From the NCBI GenBank assembly GCA_964481205.1, contig CAYZYE010000005.1, positions 1-49,975 on the forward strand: 49,975 nucleotides of DNA. Reading direction: 5' to 3'. This stretch comes from an uncultured Anaerolineae bacterium. GTDB lineage: Bacteria > Chloroflexota > Anaerolineae > JAFGEY01. The first letter of the stretch is position 1. Each line of letters starts with the position of its first letter. Below are positions 37,549 to 46,815 of the stretch, piece by piece. Made by a program: the position numbers and the translations under genes. The notes under the pieces were generated by a model, which did not search any database, was not told where the DNA came from, and worked only from the letters and a program-made list of their open reading frames with translations.

Positions 37549-38634
37549 ATGCCTGAGACGATCGTTCATCTGCGCCGGGCTTTTTTTGCGTCTGGTGAAA
37601 GCAAACTGATCGAGGTAGGCGCGTTATCGGTTTGGGCTTTTCTGTTCGATTCCGGCGTGTGTGGCTTGCGTCTGTGCAGCGACGTCGGCGAACTGGTGCT
37701 GCTGCCCTTTCAGGGCCAGCAAGTCTGGTCGGCGATGTTTAACGGGCGCAATATAACGATGAAGTCGATGTGTGACATGCCGGTCGCGGACGTTCCTTTT
37801 CTGGAAACATTTGGCGGTTTTGTCCAGCATTGCGGCGCGATGGCGGTGGGCGGCCCCGCTCCGGAGGATACCCATCCTTTGCACGGCGAACTGCCCAACG
37901 CGCCGTATCAGCGGGCGTGGCTCGTCGCTGGCGAGGACGCTCAGGGGACGTACATTGGCCTGGGCGGGCAGTATCGTCACACGGTCGCCTTTGGGGTCGA
38001 TTACGTCGCCGAACCACTGCTCAAGCTCCATACCGGCTCGACTTTGTTCAATCTGGCAATGACGATCCGCAACCTCAAAAATTCGCCGATGGAGTTGCTC
38101 TATTTGACCCATGTCAATTTTATGCCCGTCGATGGCGGCCGGTTGGTTTACAGTGCGCAGCCGACGCCGGCGCACGTCCGCGTGCGCGCATCCATTCCGG
38201 CGCACATCCAGCCCCGGCCCGGTTACGCCGAGTTTTTGGCCGGCCTGCGCGAGCATCCCGAAAGGCATCATCGCCTTTCGTCCGAGTTGATGGCCGACCC
38301 AGAAGTGGTTTTGTTCATCGACTATCTGGCCGGCGGCGACGGTTGGGCGCACTCGATGCAAGTGCATCCGGCGGGATACGCCGATTACATTGCCCATCGC
38401 CCAGAGCAACTGCCCAAGGGCACGCGCTGGATCAGCCGCACACCCGATCAACAGGCCATTGCCCTGGTCGAGCCGGGCACGGCCGAGCCGGAAGGCTATA
38501 GCGCCGAAAAAGCCAAAGGCAATGTGCGCGTCTTGCCGCCCCAGGGCACGTTCCACAGCGATCTGATCATCGGCGCGTTGGACGCAGACAAAGCGGCTTT
38601 GATAGAGGCAAAGGTGCTGGAAATTGTAGGCTAG
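37549..38634 (+). CDS. DUF4432 / aldose 1-epimerase-like protein
   Basis: LPFQGQQVW.A.F.GR..TM, FG..HCG..A.G.P..ED.HPLHGELP, YLTHVNF. Confidence 0.8.
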   Translation: MPETIVHLRRAFFASGESKLIEVGALSVWAFLFDSGVCGLRLCSDVGELVLLPFQGQQVWSAMFNGRNITMKSMCDMPVADVPFLETFGGFVQHCGAMAVGGPAPEDTHPLHGELPNAPYQRAWLVAGEDAQGTYIGLGGQYRHTVAFGVDYVAEPLLKLHTGSTLFNLAMTIRNLKNSPMELLYLTHVNFMPVDGGRLVYSAQPTPAHVRVRASIPAHIQPRPGYAEFLAGLREHPERHHRLSSELMADPEVVLFIDYLAGGDGWAHSMQVHPAGYADYIAHRPEQLPKGTRWISRTPDQQAIALVEPGTAEPEGYSAEKAKGNVRVLPPQGTFHSDLIIGALDADKAALIEAKVLEIVG

Positions 38635-38666
38635 TGATCAAGGGACGCCATTCATAGGGAGTCGAT

Positions 38667-38930
38667 ATGGTTACGCAATCTGTTGATACTTGTCCCAAAG
38701 CGGAACAAGTTCAGATATCGCTACTTTGTCAGGCAACGGTCGCCAAAAGGCTGACCATTATGTGCTCTCTGTCTCGGACGACGATCAACCTCGCGCGCCG
38801 CGCCATACAAAGGGTTCATCCTTCTTATAGTCAAACGGAACTAGATTTGGCTTTTGTTGCTTATCATTATGGCACAGAGATGGCTGACCGTTTGAGTCGA
38901 TATTTGGAGAATACACAAAATTTACGATAG
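38667..38930 (+). CDS. small AT-rich protein resembling Rv0078B-like putative antitoxins
   Basis: DT.P.AEQVQI.LL...KRL..SLS..L.RRAI...P pattern recalled from antitoxin-like proteins; GGGAG RBS. Confidence 0.5.
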   Translation: MVTQSVDTCPKAEQVQISLLCQATVAKRLTIMCSLSRTTINLARRAIQRVHPSYSQTELDLAFVAYHYGTEMADRLSRYLENTQNLR

Positions 38931-38969
38931 GGGAGGTGCAACATTAACCGGATTTTATGGGAAGAGAAA

Positions 38970-40271
38970 TTGAACGATTTTGATCTCGGCGTGCGGACGC
39001 AGGCGCTCAAACAATTGTTGTCCTGGGTCGAACAGGCCAAGATCGAAGTCGCGCCGGAGGCCGAGGTCGCCAACATGCACTGCCACACCTTTTTCTCTTT
39101 CAACGGCTATGGCTATTCGCCGACGGCGTTGGCCTGGCTGGCGAAAAAGAATGGCTACAAACTGATCGGCGTCGTCGATTTTGACGTGCTCGATGCGGTA
39201 GACGAGTTTTTGGCCGCCTGCGATCTCGCCGGCGTGCGCGGCAGCGCGGGGATGGAGACGCGCGTTTTCATCCCCGAATTTGCTACGCGCGAGATCAACT
39301 CGCCGGGCGAACCGGGCATTTCTTATTATATGGGCATCGGGTTCACGTCGAGCCGGGTGCCGGGGACGGTCGTGGACATTTTGGCGGGAATGAAGCGCCG
39401 CGCCGGGACGCGCAACCGGGGGTTGATCGAGCGGGTCAACGCCTACCTCGCGCCGGTGCAGATCGACTATGAGCGCGACGTGCTGCCGCTTACGCCGTCG
39501 GGCAACGCCACCGAGCGTCACATCACCGCCGCGTATGCCGCCGTTGCTGCGCGGATGATCGATGACCCGGCGGCCTTTTGGTCGTGCAAGCTCCGGCTGC
39601 CGCCGGCGCAGATCGCCGCTGTTTTCGACGACCCGGTCAAACTCGAAAAGCTGATTCGCGCCAGGTTGATGAAGCGCGGCGGGGTGGGCTATGTGCCGCC
39701 CGACGGCGGTTCTTTTCCAACGGTGGAAAAGGTGAACGAGTTGATTTCCGCTTGCGGCGCGCTGCCCTGCGCCACTTGGCTCGACGGCACTCTGCCGGGC
39801 GAGCAGGATGAAGAGGAACTGCTCCGGCTGCTGATCGACAAGGGCGTGGCGGCGTTGAACATTGTTCCAGACCGCAACTGGAACATTGCCGACCCGGAGG
39901 TCAAAAAGCGCAAGCTGCAAAACTTGTACGATGTGGTCGAATTGGCGCAGCGCCTCGACTTGCCGCTCAACATCGGCACCGAGATGAACGCCTTTGGTCT
40001 CAAGCGGATCGATACTTTTGACGCGCCAGAGCTTGCGCCGGTGCGCCAGGCTTTTATCGACGGCGCGTATTTTATCTATGGGCACACGGCGGCCCAGCGC
40101 GCGCTGGGCATTGGCTGCCGGAGCGAGTGGGCGCGGGCGCATTTCGCTTCGCATAGTGAGGAAAATGCCTTTTATACCGCTCTGGGACGCCGCACACCGC
40201 CGGGTGAGGCCGGGTTGGCGTGGTTGAGGCGAATTGGCGCCGGCGCGCCGCAGGCGTTCTTGTCGGCGTAA
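38970..40271 (+). CDS. PHP domain protein with atypical ligand set
   Basis: MHCHTFFS, VVDFD, GMETR; C-terminal IGTEMN in place of GSDxH; start uncertain (TTG 38970 or ATT 38943). Confidence 0.75.
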   Translation: MNDFDLGVRTQALKQLLSWVEQAKIEVAPEAEVANMHCHTFFSFNGYGYSPTALAWLAKKNGYKLIGVVDFDVLDAVDEFLAACDLAGVRGSAGMETRVFIPEFATREINSPGEPGISYYMGIGFTSSRVPGTVVDILAGMKRRAGTRNRGLIERVNAYLAPVQIDYERDVLPLTPSGNATERHITAAYAAVAARMIDDPAAFWSCKLRLPPAQIAAVFDDPVKLEKLIRARLMKRGGVGYVPPDGGSFPTVEKVNELISACGALPCATWLDGTLPGEQDEEELLRLLIDKGVAALNIVPDRNWNIADPEVKKRKLQNLYDVVELAQRLDLPLNIGTEMNAFGLKRIDTFDAPELAPVRQAFIDGAYFIYGHTAAQRALGIGCRSEWARAHFASHSEENAFYTALGRRTPPGEAGLAWLRRIGAGAPQAFLSA

Positions 40272-40274
40272 GGG

Positions 40275-40319
40275 CAGGGCTGTTCAATTCTAATTTGTGA
40301 TCAGGTCTGAACATCTCTG
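40275..40319. mobile_element. 45-bp minimal MITE of the same family as 33966-34138
   Basis: Left end CAGGGCTGTTCAATTCTAATTTGTGA (25 bp identical to the larger MITE); degenerate right end TGAACATCTCTG; CGTAAGGG duplicated at 40267-40274 and 40320-40327. Confidence 0.75.
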
Positions 40320-40392
40320 CGTAAGGGAACAGTCTGTTCGATCGGGATGGGTTGCCGGTTGAATTGCACAATTTGGAACAAAGGAGTACACT

Positions 40393-42627
40393 GTGAATCA
40401 TTTTGATAGTTGGCAGTTTCCTCTCCCACGCACACACACCGGCATCTTGCAGGGCAACGGCAAGATGGGGGTGATGATCTGGGGCGAGGGCAATGTGCTG
40501 CGCGTCACCGTCAACCGGGGCGATTTTTGGGACCACCGCGGCGGCAAGCCCTGGGTCGATGGGATGAGCTATGCCAACATTCGACGCCTGCTTGAGACGG
40601 GCGACGAGGCCGGGCTGCGCGCGTTGTTCGAGACGGGTGAGGTTCAGTCCGGGCATCCGCGCCGGCCGAGTTTGCTGCCCCTGGGACGGATCGAGTTGGT
40701 GTTGGATGAGGCGTTGTCGCTCGCCAGCGCCGATCTCGATATGCAGCGCGGGCAGGTGATCGTCCACGCGGCGGGGGGCGGGCGCAAGTGCGATCTGCTC
40801 CTCACTTTGTCGATGGTCGATCCGCTGCTGCACATTCGCGCCTCGGCGGCGTTTCCGGCGCTCCGGCGGGTGACGGCGTGGGATTATGTCGGCGAACAAT
40901 TGCGCGACATTTCCTTTGCCGAACCCGAGTTGTTCGACGGCGAAACTCTTTCCGGCTGGGTGCAGGCGCGCCCGGTCGATCCGCCGCTGTGTCTTGGCTA
41001 TCGCCTTGTAGACGGCGAATTGTGGTTGGGGTTGGAATACGGCAATGACGCGCCCTCGGCGCGGGCGGCGGTGGGGCGGTTGGTCGATCGTTACGCTGCG
41101 CAAGGCAGCAAACAGTTGCGCGTCGATGTCGCCGATTGGTGGGCGCGCTATTGGGCGACCGTGCCCAAACTCGATCTCCCCAACCCGCGTCTCGATTTCC
41201 TGTATCGCTATGGCATGTACAAATTTGCCGGGCTGACCAGTCCCGATGGAGGAGTGCCCGCCGGATTGCAAGGGCCGTGGATCGAGGAATACCAGCTGCC
41301 GCCCTGGTCGGGCGATTATCACTTTAACATCAATGTGCAAATGTGCTACTGGCCTGCTTATCGCGGCAACCGGTTGAGTCACCTCAAACCGCTCTTTGAA
41401 TTGATCGCCGGTTGGACGCCGCGCCTGCGCGACAATGCGCGCGTTTTTGTCGGGATCGAGGATGGGTTTATGCTTCCGCATGCGGTCGATGATCGTTGCA
41501 CGTGTATGGGCGGTTTTTGGACCGGCTCGGTCGATCATGGCTGCACGGCCTGGGTGGCGCAAATGATGTACGATTATTATCGTTATTCGGGCGACGTCGA
41601 TTTTTTGCGCCGGACGGCTTATCCCTTTATGGTCGGGGCGATGCGGGTCTATGAGGAAATGCTCGAACGCGACGGCGATGGCTGGGCTTTGCCGGTCAGC
41701 GTCTCGCCCGAATATCGCGGCTCGGCGATGAACGCCTGGGGGCGCAACGCCAGTTTTCAATTGGCGGCGATCCATCGCTTGTGCGAAAACCTCGGCGAGG
41801 CGGCGCGGATACTGGGCGAGACGCCCAGGCCGGTTTGGGCCAGCATCCAGGCAGGATTGCCTCTGGCGGCGCTGTACGGCGCGGAGGGGGGCGCGCAGAT
41901 TGCGCTCTGGGAGGGGACGCCGCTCCAAGAGAGCCACCGTCACCACTCGCACCTGGCGGGCATCTGCCCCTTTGACACGCTCGATCTCGACAACCCTGCC
42001 TGGCAACCGATTTATGAGCGATCGCTGCGTACCTGGGTCCGCGAGGGGATGGGCATGTGGTCGGGGTGGTGTGTGCCCTGGGCGAGTATGATCCACACCC
42101 GGTTCAATAATCCCGAGATGGCCGAGTTGCTGCTCGAAATCTGGCAGCGCGTCTACACCAACGAGGGGCACGGCACGCTGCACGACTGCGTCTTTCCCGG
42201 CTTTACGCTGATCGGCGCGCCGGGGATGATTGACCCCGTTCATTTGCCCGAAAAGATGCAGATGGACGCCGGCATGAGCGCGACCACGGCGATTATGGAG
42301 ATGATGCTGCACGAACGGCGTGGCGTGCATTATCTCTTTGCCGGCGCGCCTGCGGCCTGGTCGCGAGTGGCCTTTGACGGCATCCGCGCTGCGGGCGCGT
42401 TTCTGGTCGGCGCGGAACGGGTGAATGGGACGGTGACGCGGGTGACGATTCGCAGCCAGGTGGGCGGTGTTTTTCGTGTAGCGAACCCGTGGCCGGCACA
42501 AGCCGAAATCGTTTCCTCAACAGGAGAACAAAAGGCGATAAAGGGAGATATTTTAACACTCAGTACACAAGCCGGGCAGACGCTTACAATACGATCGTTT
42601 GTCCGGGATCAAGTTCAAAGGAGTTGA
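40393..42627 (+). CDS. GH95-like glycoside hydrolase (alpha-L-fucosidase/L-galactosidase family), cytoplasmic
   Basis: LQGPW, WSGDYHFNINVQMCYWP, SVSPEY, HRHHSHL, QMDAG; no signal peptide. Confidence 0.8.
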   Translation: MNHFDSWQFPLPRTHTGILQGNGKMGVMIWGEGNVLRVTVNRGDFWDHRGGKPWVDGMSYANIRRLLETGDEAGLRALFETGEVQSGHPRRPSLLPLGRIELVLDEALSLASADLDMQRGQVIVHAAGGGRKCDLLLTLSMVDPLLHIRASAAFPALRRVTAWDYVGEQLRDISFAEPELFDGETLSGWVQARPVDPPLCLGYRLVDGELWLGLEYGNDAPSARAAVGRLVDRYAAQGSKQLRVDVADWWARYWATVPKLDLPNPRLDFLYRYGMYKFAGLTSPDGGVPAGLQGPWIEEYQLPPWSGDYHFNINVQMCYWPAYRGNRLSHLKPLFELIAGWTPRLRDNARVFVGIEDGFMLPHAVDDRCTCMGGFWTGSVDHGCTAWVAQMMYDYYRYSGDVDFLRRTAYPFMVGAMRVYEEMLERDGDGWALPVSVSPEYRGSAMNAWGRNASFQLAAIHRLCENLGEAARILGETPRPVWASIQAGLPLAALYGAEGGAQIALWEGTPLQESHRHHSHLAGICPFDTLDLDNPAWQPIYERSLRTWVREGMGMWSGWCVPWASMIHTRFNNPEMAELLLEIWQRVYTNEGHGTLHDCVFPGFTLIGAPGMIDPVHLPEKMQMDAGMSATTAIMEMMLHERRGVHYLFAGAPAAWSRVAFDGIRAAGAFLVGAERVNGTVTRVTIRSQVGGVFRVANPWPAQAEIVSSTGEQKAIKGDILTLSTQAGQTLTIRSFVRDQVQRS

Positions 42628-42632
42628 ATGCA

Positions 42633-44348
42633 ATGTCTGATAAATTGACGGAATACAAACGCGGCGATGGCCCGCTGCCAGAAAAGAACAGGTTGTGGCC
42701 GCTGTACGGCGCTGGGTTTGAGAACTTGGGCCAGAACGGTCAGCCGATCGACGCGCCGATGCCCGACTATGGCCCCGATGAGCTGTTGGTGCGCCACGAT
42801 GCCTGCGGGTTGTGCTTTTCCGACATCAAGGTGATCCGCGCCGGGCAAGACCACCCGCGCATTTACCGCGACATGAGCGTCGATCCCGTTGTCCTCGGCC
42901 ACGAGGTGGCGCTGACCGTGGTCGGTGTGGGCGAAAACCTCAACGGGCAGTACCGGGTGGGCGACCGTTTTGTAGTGCAGGCCGATATTTACGCCAAAGG
43001 CGTTAATTTGGCGTATGGATATGAAATTCAGGGTGGATTATCGCAGTATAATGTGATCGATTGGAAGGTGTTGGCCGGCGATGACGGCTGCTATCTGTTG
43101 CCCGTTCAGGCGACGACCGGCTATGCCGAGAGCGCGTTGACCGAGCCGTGGGCCTGCGTCATTGCCGCATACGAGCTGAGCTATCGCACCGCTCTCAAGG
43201 ACGGCGGCGCGATGTGGGTCGTGGGGACGCCGGGCGCGTCGCGCGACGACTATGTGGTGGGCGCCGGGTTCGATGCCGCCTCACATCCGGCCAAACTCTT
43301 GCTCACCGATGTACCGGCGCAGTTTGCCGTCTGGCTGCAAGCGCGCGCCGCCGAGTTGGGCGTCGAGGTGATTGAAAACGTGGCCCTCGACGCGCCGCCG
43401 GTCGAAACGGTGGACGATATTGTGCTGTTGGGCGCCGATCCCGACCGCATCGAGCGGCTCAGTCCTTATTTGGCCCAGTTTGGGATTATGGCCTTGATCG
43501 ACGACAAGCCGATGGCGCGTCCGGTGTCCGTCGACGTGGGGCGCGTCCATTATTCGCGTTGGCTCTATGTGGGCGGCGCCGGCCCCGACATTGCCCAGGC
43601 GTACAGCGCCGTGCCTGCGCGTTCGACGCTCAAGCCGGGTGGCAAAGCCTGGTTTGTCGGCGCGGGCGGGCCGATGGGGCGTATGCACGTCCAGCGGGCG
43701 ATCCAGTCCGAAAACAGCCCGCAGACGATCGTCTGCACCGACGTCAGCGACGGGCGGCTGCAAGACCTGTATCTCTCTTTTGCCGGAGAGGCGGAGAGCA
43801 AGGGGATCGCGTTCGTGTGCCTCAATCCGATGAACAAAGAGGCGTATGCCGGGGGAATGGCGCCGTTCAAAGAAACCGGCCTGGACGACATTGTCGTTTT
43901 GGCGCCGATCGCGCCGGTGATCGCCGACGCGGCGACGTACCTTGCTCCCCGAGGGGTGATGAACATCTTTGCCGGGATTCAGCGCGGCAAGCTGGCGCGA
44001 ATTGACCTCAGCGATGCCTACCTCAAGGGCGTGCGCGTGATCGGCCATTCGGCGTCGAGCATTGACGATATGAAGTTGATGTTGTCTCAGGCCGAGAGCG
44101 GCACGCTTTCGCCCAACCGCTCGGTGGCCGCGGTCGGCTCGTTGGACGCGGCCCGCGACGGTTTTCAGGCCATGGTCGATACGATCTATCCCGGCAAGGT
44201 GGTGGTGTACCCGCAGATCAAGGATTTGGCGCTGACCGCGCTGGTCGATTTGAAGGATGTGCTGCCGACCGTTTACGCGCTGCTCCAAGATGGGCGCGAG
44301 TGGACGACCGAGGCCGAGGCCGAGTTTTTGCAGCAGATGTTGTCATAG
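42633..44348 (+). CDS. extended Zn-dependent MDR dehydrogenase, SorE (sorbose-1-P reductase)-like, 571 aa
   Basis: CGLCFSD, VLGHE, LTEPWACV, GAGGPMG. Confidence 0.75.
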   Translation: MSDKLTEYKRGDGPLPEKNRLWPLYGAGFENLGQNGQPIDAPMPDYGPDELLVRHDACGLCFSDIKVIRAGQDHPRIYRDMSVDPVVLGHEVALTVVGVGENLNGQYRVGDRFVVQADIYAKGVNLAYGYEIQGGLSQYNVIDWKVLAGDDGCYLLPVQATTGYAESALTEPWACVIAAYELSYRTALKDGGAMWVVGTPGASRDDYVVGAGFDAASHPAKLLLTDVPAQFAVWLQARAAELGVEVIENVALDAPPVETVDDIVLLGADPDRIERLSPYLAQFGIMALIDDKPMARPVSVDVGRVHYSRWLYVGGAGPDIAQAYSAVPARSTLKPGGKAWFVGAGGPMGRMHVQRAIQSENSPQTIVCTDVSDGRLQDLYLSFAGEAESKGIAFVCLNPMNKEAYAGGMAPFKETGLDDIVVLAPIAPVIADAATYLAPRGVMNIFAGIQRGKLARIDLSDAYLKGVRVIGHSASSIDDMKLMLSQAESGTLSPNRSVAAVGSLDAARDGFQAMVDTIYPGKVVVYPQIKDLALTALVDLKDVLPTVYALLQDGREWTTEAEAEFLQQMLS

Positions 44349-44376
44349 ATATTATGAACCTGTAGGAGGATGCGAT

Positions 44377-45168
44377 ATGGATAAAATATTGGACGGCAAA
44401 ACCGCGGTTGTCACCGGCGGGGCGCAGGGGTTGGGGGCGGCGTTGTGCCTGCGGCTGGCTCAAGAGGGCTGCAACGTCGTGGTCGCCGATTTGAACCTGG
44501 AAGGCGCGCAAAAGACTGCCGCCGAGATCGCCGCCGCAAGCGGGCAGCAGGTCATTGCCGTGGGCGTCGATGTGACGAATGAGGCGCAGGTCGAGGCGAT
44601 GGTGCAAACCGCCGTCGAGAAATTTGGTGCGCTGGATATTTTGGTCTCCAACGCCGGCATTTTGCTCTCCGGCCCGATCGACGAGTTTGAGGTGGGCAAA
44701 TGGCAGGCGGTGATCAATGTCAATCTGGTCGGTTATATGATCTGCGCCAAGCACGCTGCGCGGGCGATGAAAAAACAGGGCCGCGGCGTGATCATTCAGA
44801 TCAACAGCAAATCGGGCAAGAAGGGAAGTTTCAAGAACTCGGCTTATGCGGCGGCCAAGTTTGGCGGCATCGGCCTGACCCAGAGTTTGGCCCTAGAGCT
44901 GGCCGGCGAGGGCATCCGCGTCAATGCCGTGTGCCCCGGCAATCTGCTCAACTCGCCGCTGTGGGTCAATTCGTTGTTCAAACAGTACGCTCAAAATCAG
45001 GGCATCACCGAGGATGAGGTACGTCAAAAGTACATCAATCAGGTGCCGATGAAGCGTCCTTGCGAGTACGAGGATGTCGCCAACGTGGTCGTCTTTTTGG
45101 CCTCCGAGCAGGCGGGTTATATGACCGGTCAGGCGATCAATGTCACTGGCGGGCAAGAGATGCGGTAG
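44377..45168 (+). CDS. srlD: SDR, sorbitol-6-phosphate 2-dehydrogenase-like
   Basis: TGGAQGLG, QINSKSGKKGSFKNSAYAAAKFGGIGLTQSLALELA, PGNLL.SP, VPMKRPC.Y.DV, TGQ.INVTGGQ. Confidence 0.75.
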   Translation: MDKILDGKTAVVTGGAQGLGAALCLRLAQEGCNVVVADLNLEGAQKTAAEIAAASGQQVIAVGVDVTNEAQVEAMVQTAVEKFGALDILVSNAGILLSGPIDEFEVGKWQAVINVNLVGYMICAKHAARAMKKQGRGVIIQINSKSGKKGSFKNSAYAAAKFGGIGLTQSLALELAGEGIRVNAVCPGNLLNSPLWVNSLFKQYAQNQGITEDEVRQKYINQVPMKRPCEYEDVANVVVFLASEQAGYMTGQAINVTGGQEMR

Positions 45169-45174
45169 GCGGGC

Positions 45175-45195
45175 GGTTGGTGGTTGGTGGTTGGT
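45175..45195. repeat. heptamer tandem repeat (GGTTGGT)x3
   Basis: Directly visible between srlD and rhaB. Confidence 0.6.
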
Positions 45196-45221
45196 GACCA
45201 CTGTTTTCAAGGAGGATGGGT

Positions 45222-46709
45222 ATGACCAGGTTTCTCGCTTTCGATCTGGGCGCGGAAAGTGGCCGCGCTGTGGTAGGACATTTGGACGGCGGCAAGTTGA
45301 GTCTGGAGGTGATTCATCGTTTTCCAAACGGGCCGGTGCGCGTGGGCGACAATTTGCACTGGGATGTGCTGCGTCTGTGGAGCGAAATCAAGACCGGTTT
45401 GACAATGACGGTGAAACGATACGATGACATCGCCAGCATCGGCCTCGACACCTGGGGCGTCGATTTTGGCCTGTTGGCCGAGGATGGTACGCTGCTCGGC
45501 AACCCGTACCATTATCGCGACAGCCGCACCGACGGGATGATGGACGCCGCGTTCGAGATCGTGCCGCGCGCCGAGATTTTTGACGTGACCGGCATCCAGT
45601 TTATGCAGCTCAACAGTCTGTACCAGCTTTTGGCGATGGTCAAGGCGAACGCGCCGGCGTTGTCGATGGCGCATACATTGCTCACCATGCCCGACTTGCT
45701 CAATTTTTGGTTGGCCGGGCGCCGGGTGAGCGAGTTTACGATCGCCACGACGACGCAGTGCTATGACCCGCGCGCCGGCGATTGGGCCTACGATCTGTTG
45801 CGGCGATTGGGCGTCCCCACAGAAATGTTTGCCGAGATTGTCCCACCGGGCACGGTGCTCGGCGATCTGTTGCCCGGTGTGCAGGAAGAAACGGGCGCGG
45901 GGGCGATCCCTGTGGTGGCGACGGCGACGCACGATACCGGCTCGGCGGTGGCGGCGGTGCCGGCGACGGGGGAGGATTATATTTATCTCAGTTCGGGCAC
46001 GTGGTCGCTGATGGGTATTGAGTCTGAAACACCGCTGATCAGCGAGGATATGCTTTATTTTAATTTGACCAACGAGGGCGGCGTGGCGCATACGCCGCAT
46101 GCGCCAAATGTTTTTCGCGTGCTCAAAAACATTATGGGGTTGTGGCTGGTCCAAGAGTGCAAGCGTGAGTGGGAACGCGCGGGGCAGGTGTACAGTTACG
46201 ACGAGTTGACGCGGATGGCCGCCGACGCGCCCGCGTTCGGGCCGTTGGTGTTGGTCGATGATCCGCGTTTTCTCGCGCCGGGCGGGATGCCGGAGCGCAT
46301 TCGAGCGTTTTGCCGGGAAACAGGTCAAAGCGCGCCGCAGAGCAAAGGCGAGATTTTGCGCTGTGCGCAGGAAAGTCTGGCCCTCGAGTATCGCTGGGTG
46401 GCCGAAAGTCTGGACAAACTCACCGGCAAGCGCCTGGACACGATTCACATCATCGGCGGCGGGTCCAAGAACAAGTTGCTCAACCAGTTTACCGCCGACG
46501 CGACCGGGCGCACGGTCGTTTCCGGGCCGGTCGAGGCGACGGCGATCGGCAATGTGCTGGTGCAGGCGATGGCGATGGGGCAGATTTCGTCGTTGGAAGA
46601 GGGGCGTAGAATCGTCGCCCAGTCCTTTGACGTGGAGAGATTTGAACCCGGCGATTCGTCGCGGTGGGATGAGGCGTATCAAAAGTACCTGGGGTTCAAG
46701 AATATCTAG
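45222..46709 (+). CDS. rhaB: rhamnulokinase (FGGY family)
   Basis: AFDLGAESGR, DTWGVDFGLL, YHYRD.RT, TGIQFMQLNSLYQL, THDT.SAV, LSSGTWSL, TNEGG, GPVEATA.GN. Confidence 0.92.
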   Translation: MTRFLAFDLGAESGRAVVGHLDGGKLSLEVIHRFPNGPVRVGDNLHWDVLRLWSEIKTGLTMTVKRYDDIASIGLDTWGVDFGLLAEDGTLLGNPYHYRDSRTDGMMDAAFEIVPRAEIFDVTGIQFMQLNSLYQLLAMVKANAPALSMAHTLLTMPDLLNFWLAGRRVSEFTIATTTQCYDPRAGDWAYDLLRRLGVPTEMFAEIVPPGTVLGDLLPGVQEETGAGAIPVVATATHDTGSAVAAVPATGEDYIYLSSGTWSLMGIESETPLISEDMLYFNLTNEGGVAHTPHAPNVFRVLKNIMGLWLVQECKREWERAGQVYSYDELTRMAADAPAFGPLVLVDDPRFLAPGGMPERIRAFCRETGQSAPQSKGEILRCAQESLALEYRWVAESLDKLTGKRLDTIHIIGGGSKNKLLNQFTADATGRTVVSGPVEATAIGNVLVQAMAMGQISSLEEGRRIVAQSFDVERFEPGDSSRWDEAYQKYLGFKNI

Positions 46710-46815
46710 GCGCGTGCTGAAAAACCTTCCAATCGCAGAGAACGCCGAGAGCGCCAGGAAGCAAGGAGGCTCATTGCGAAATCCCCGGGTTGGCAAGGAT
46801 CAGTGGGAGGCAGAA

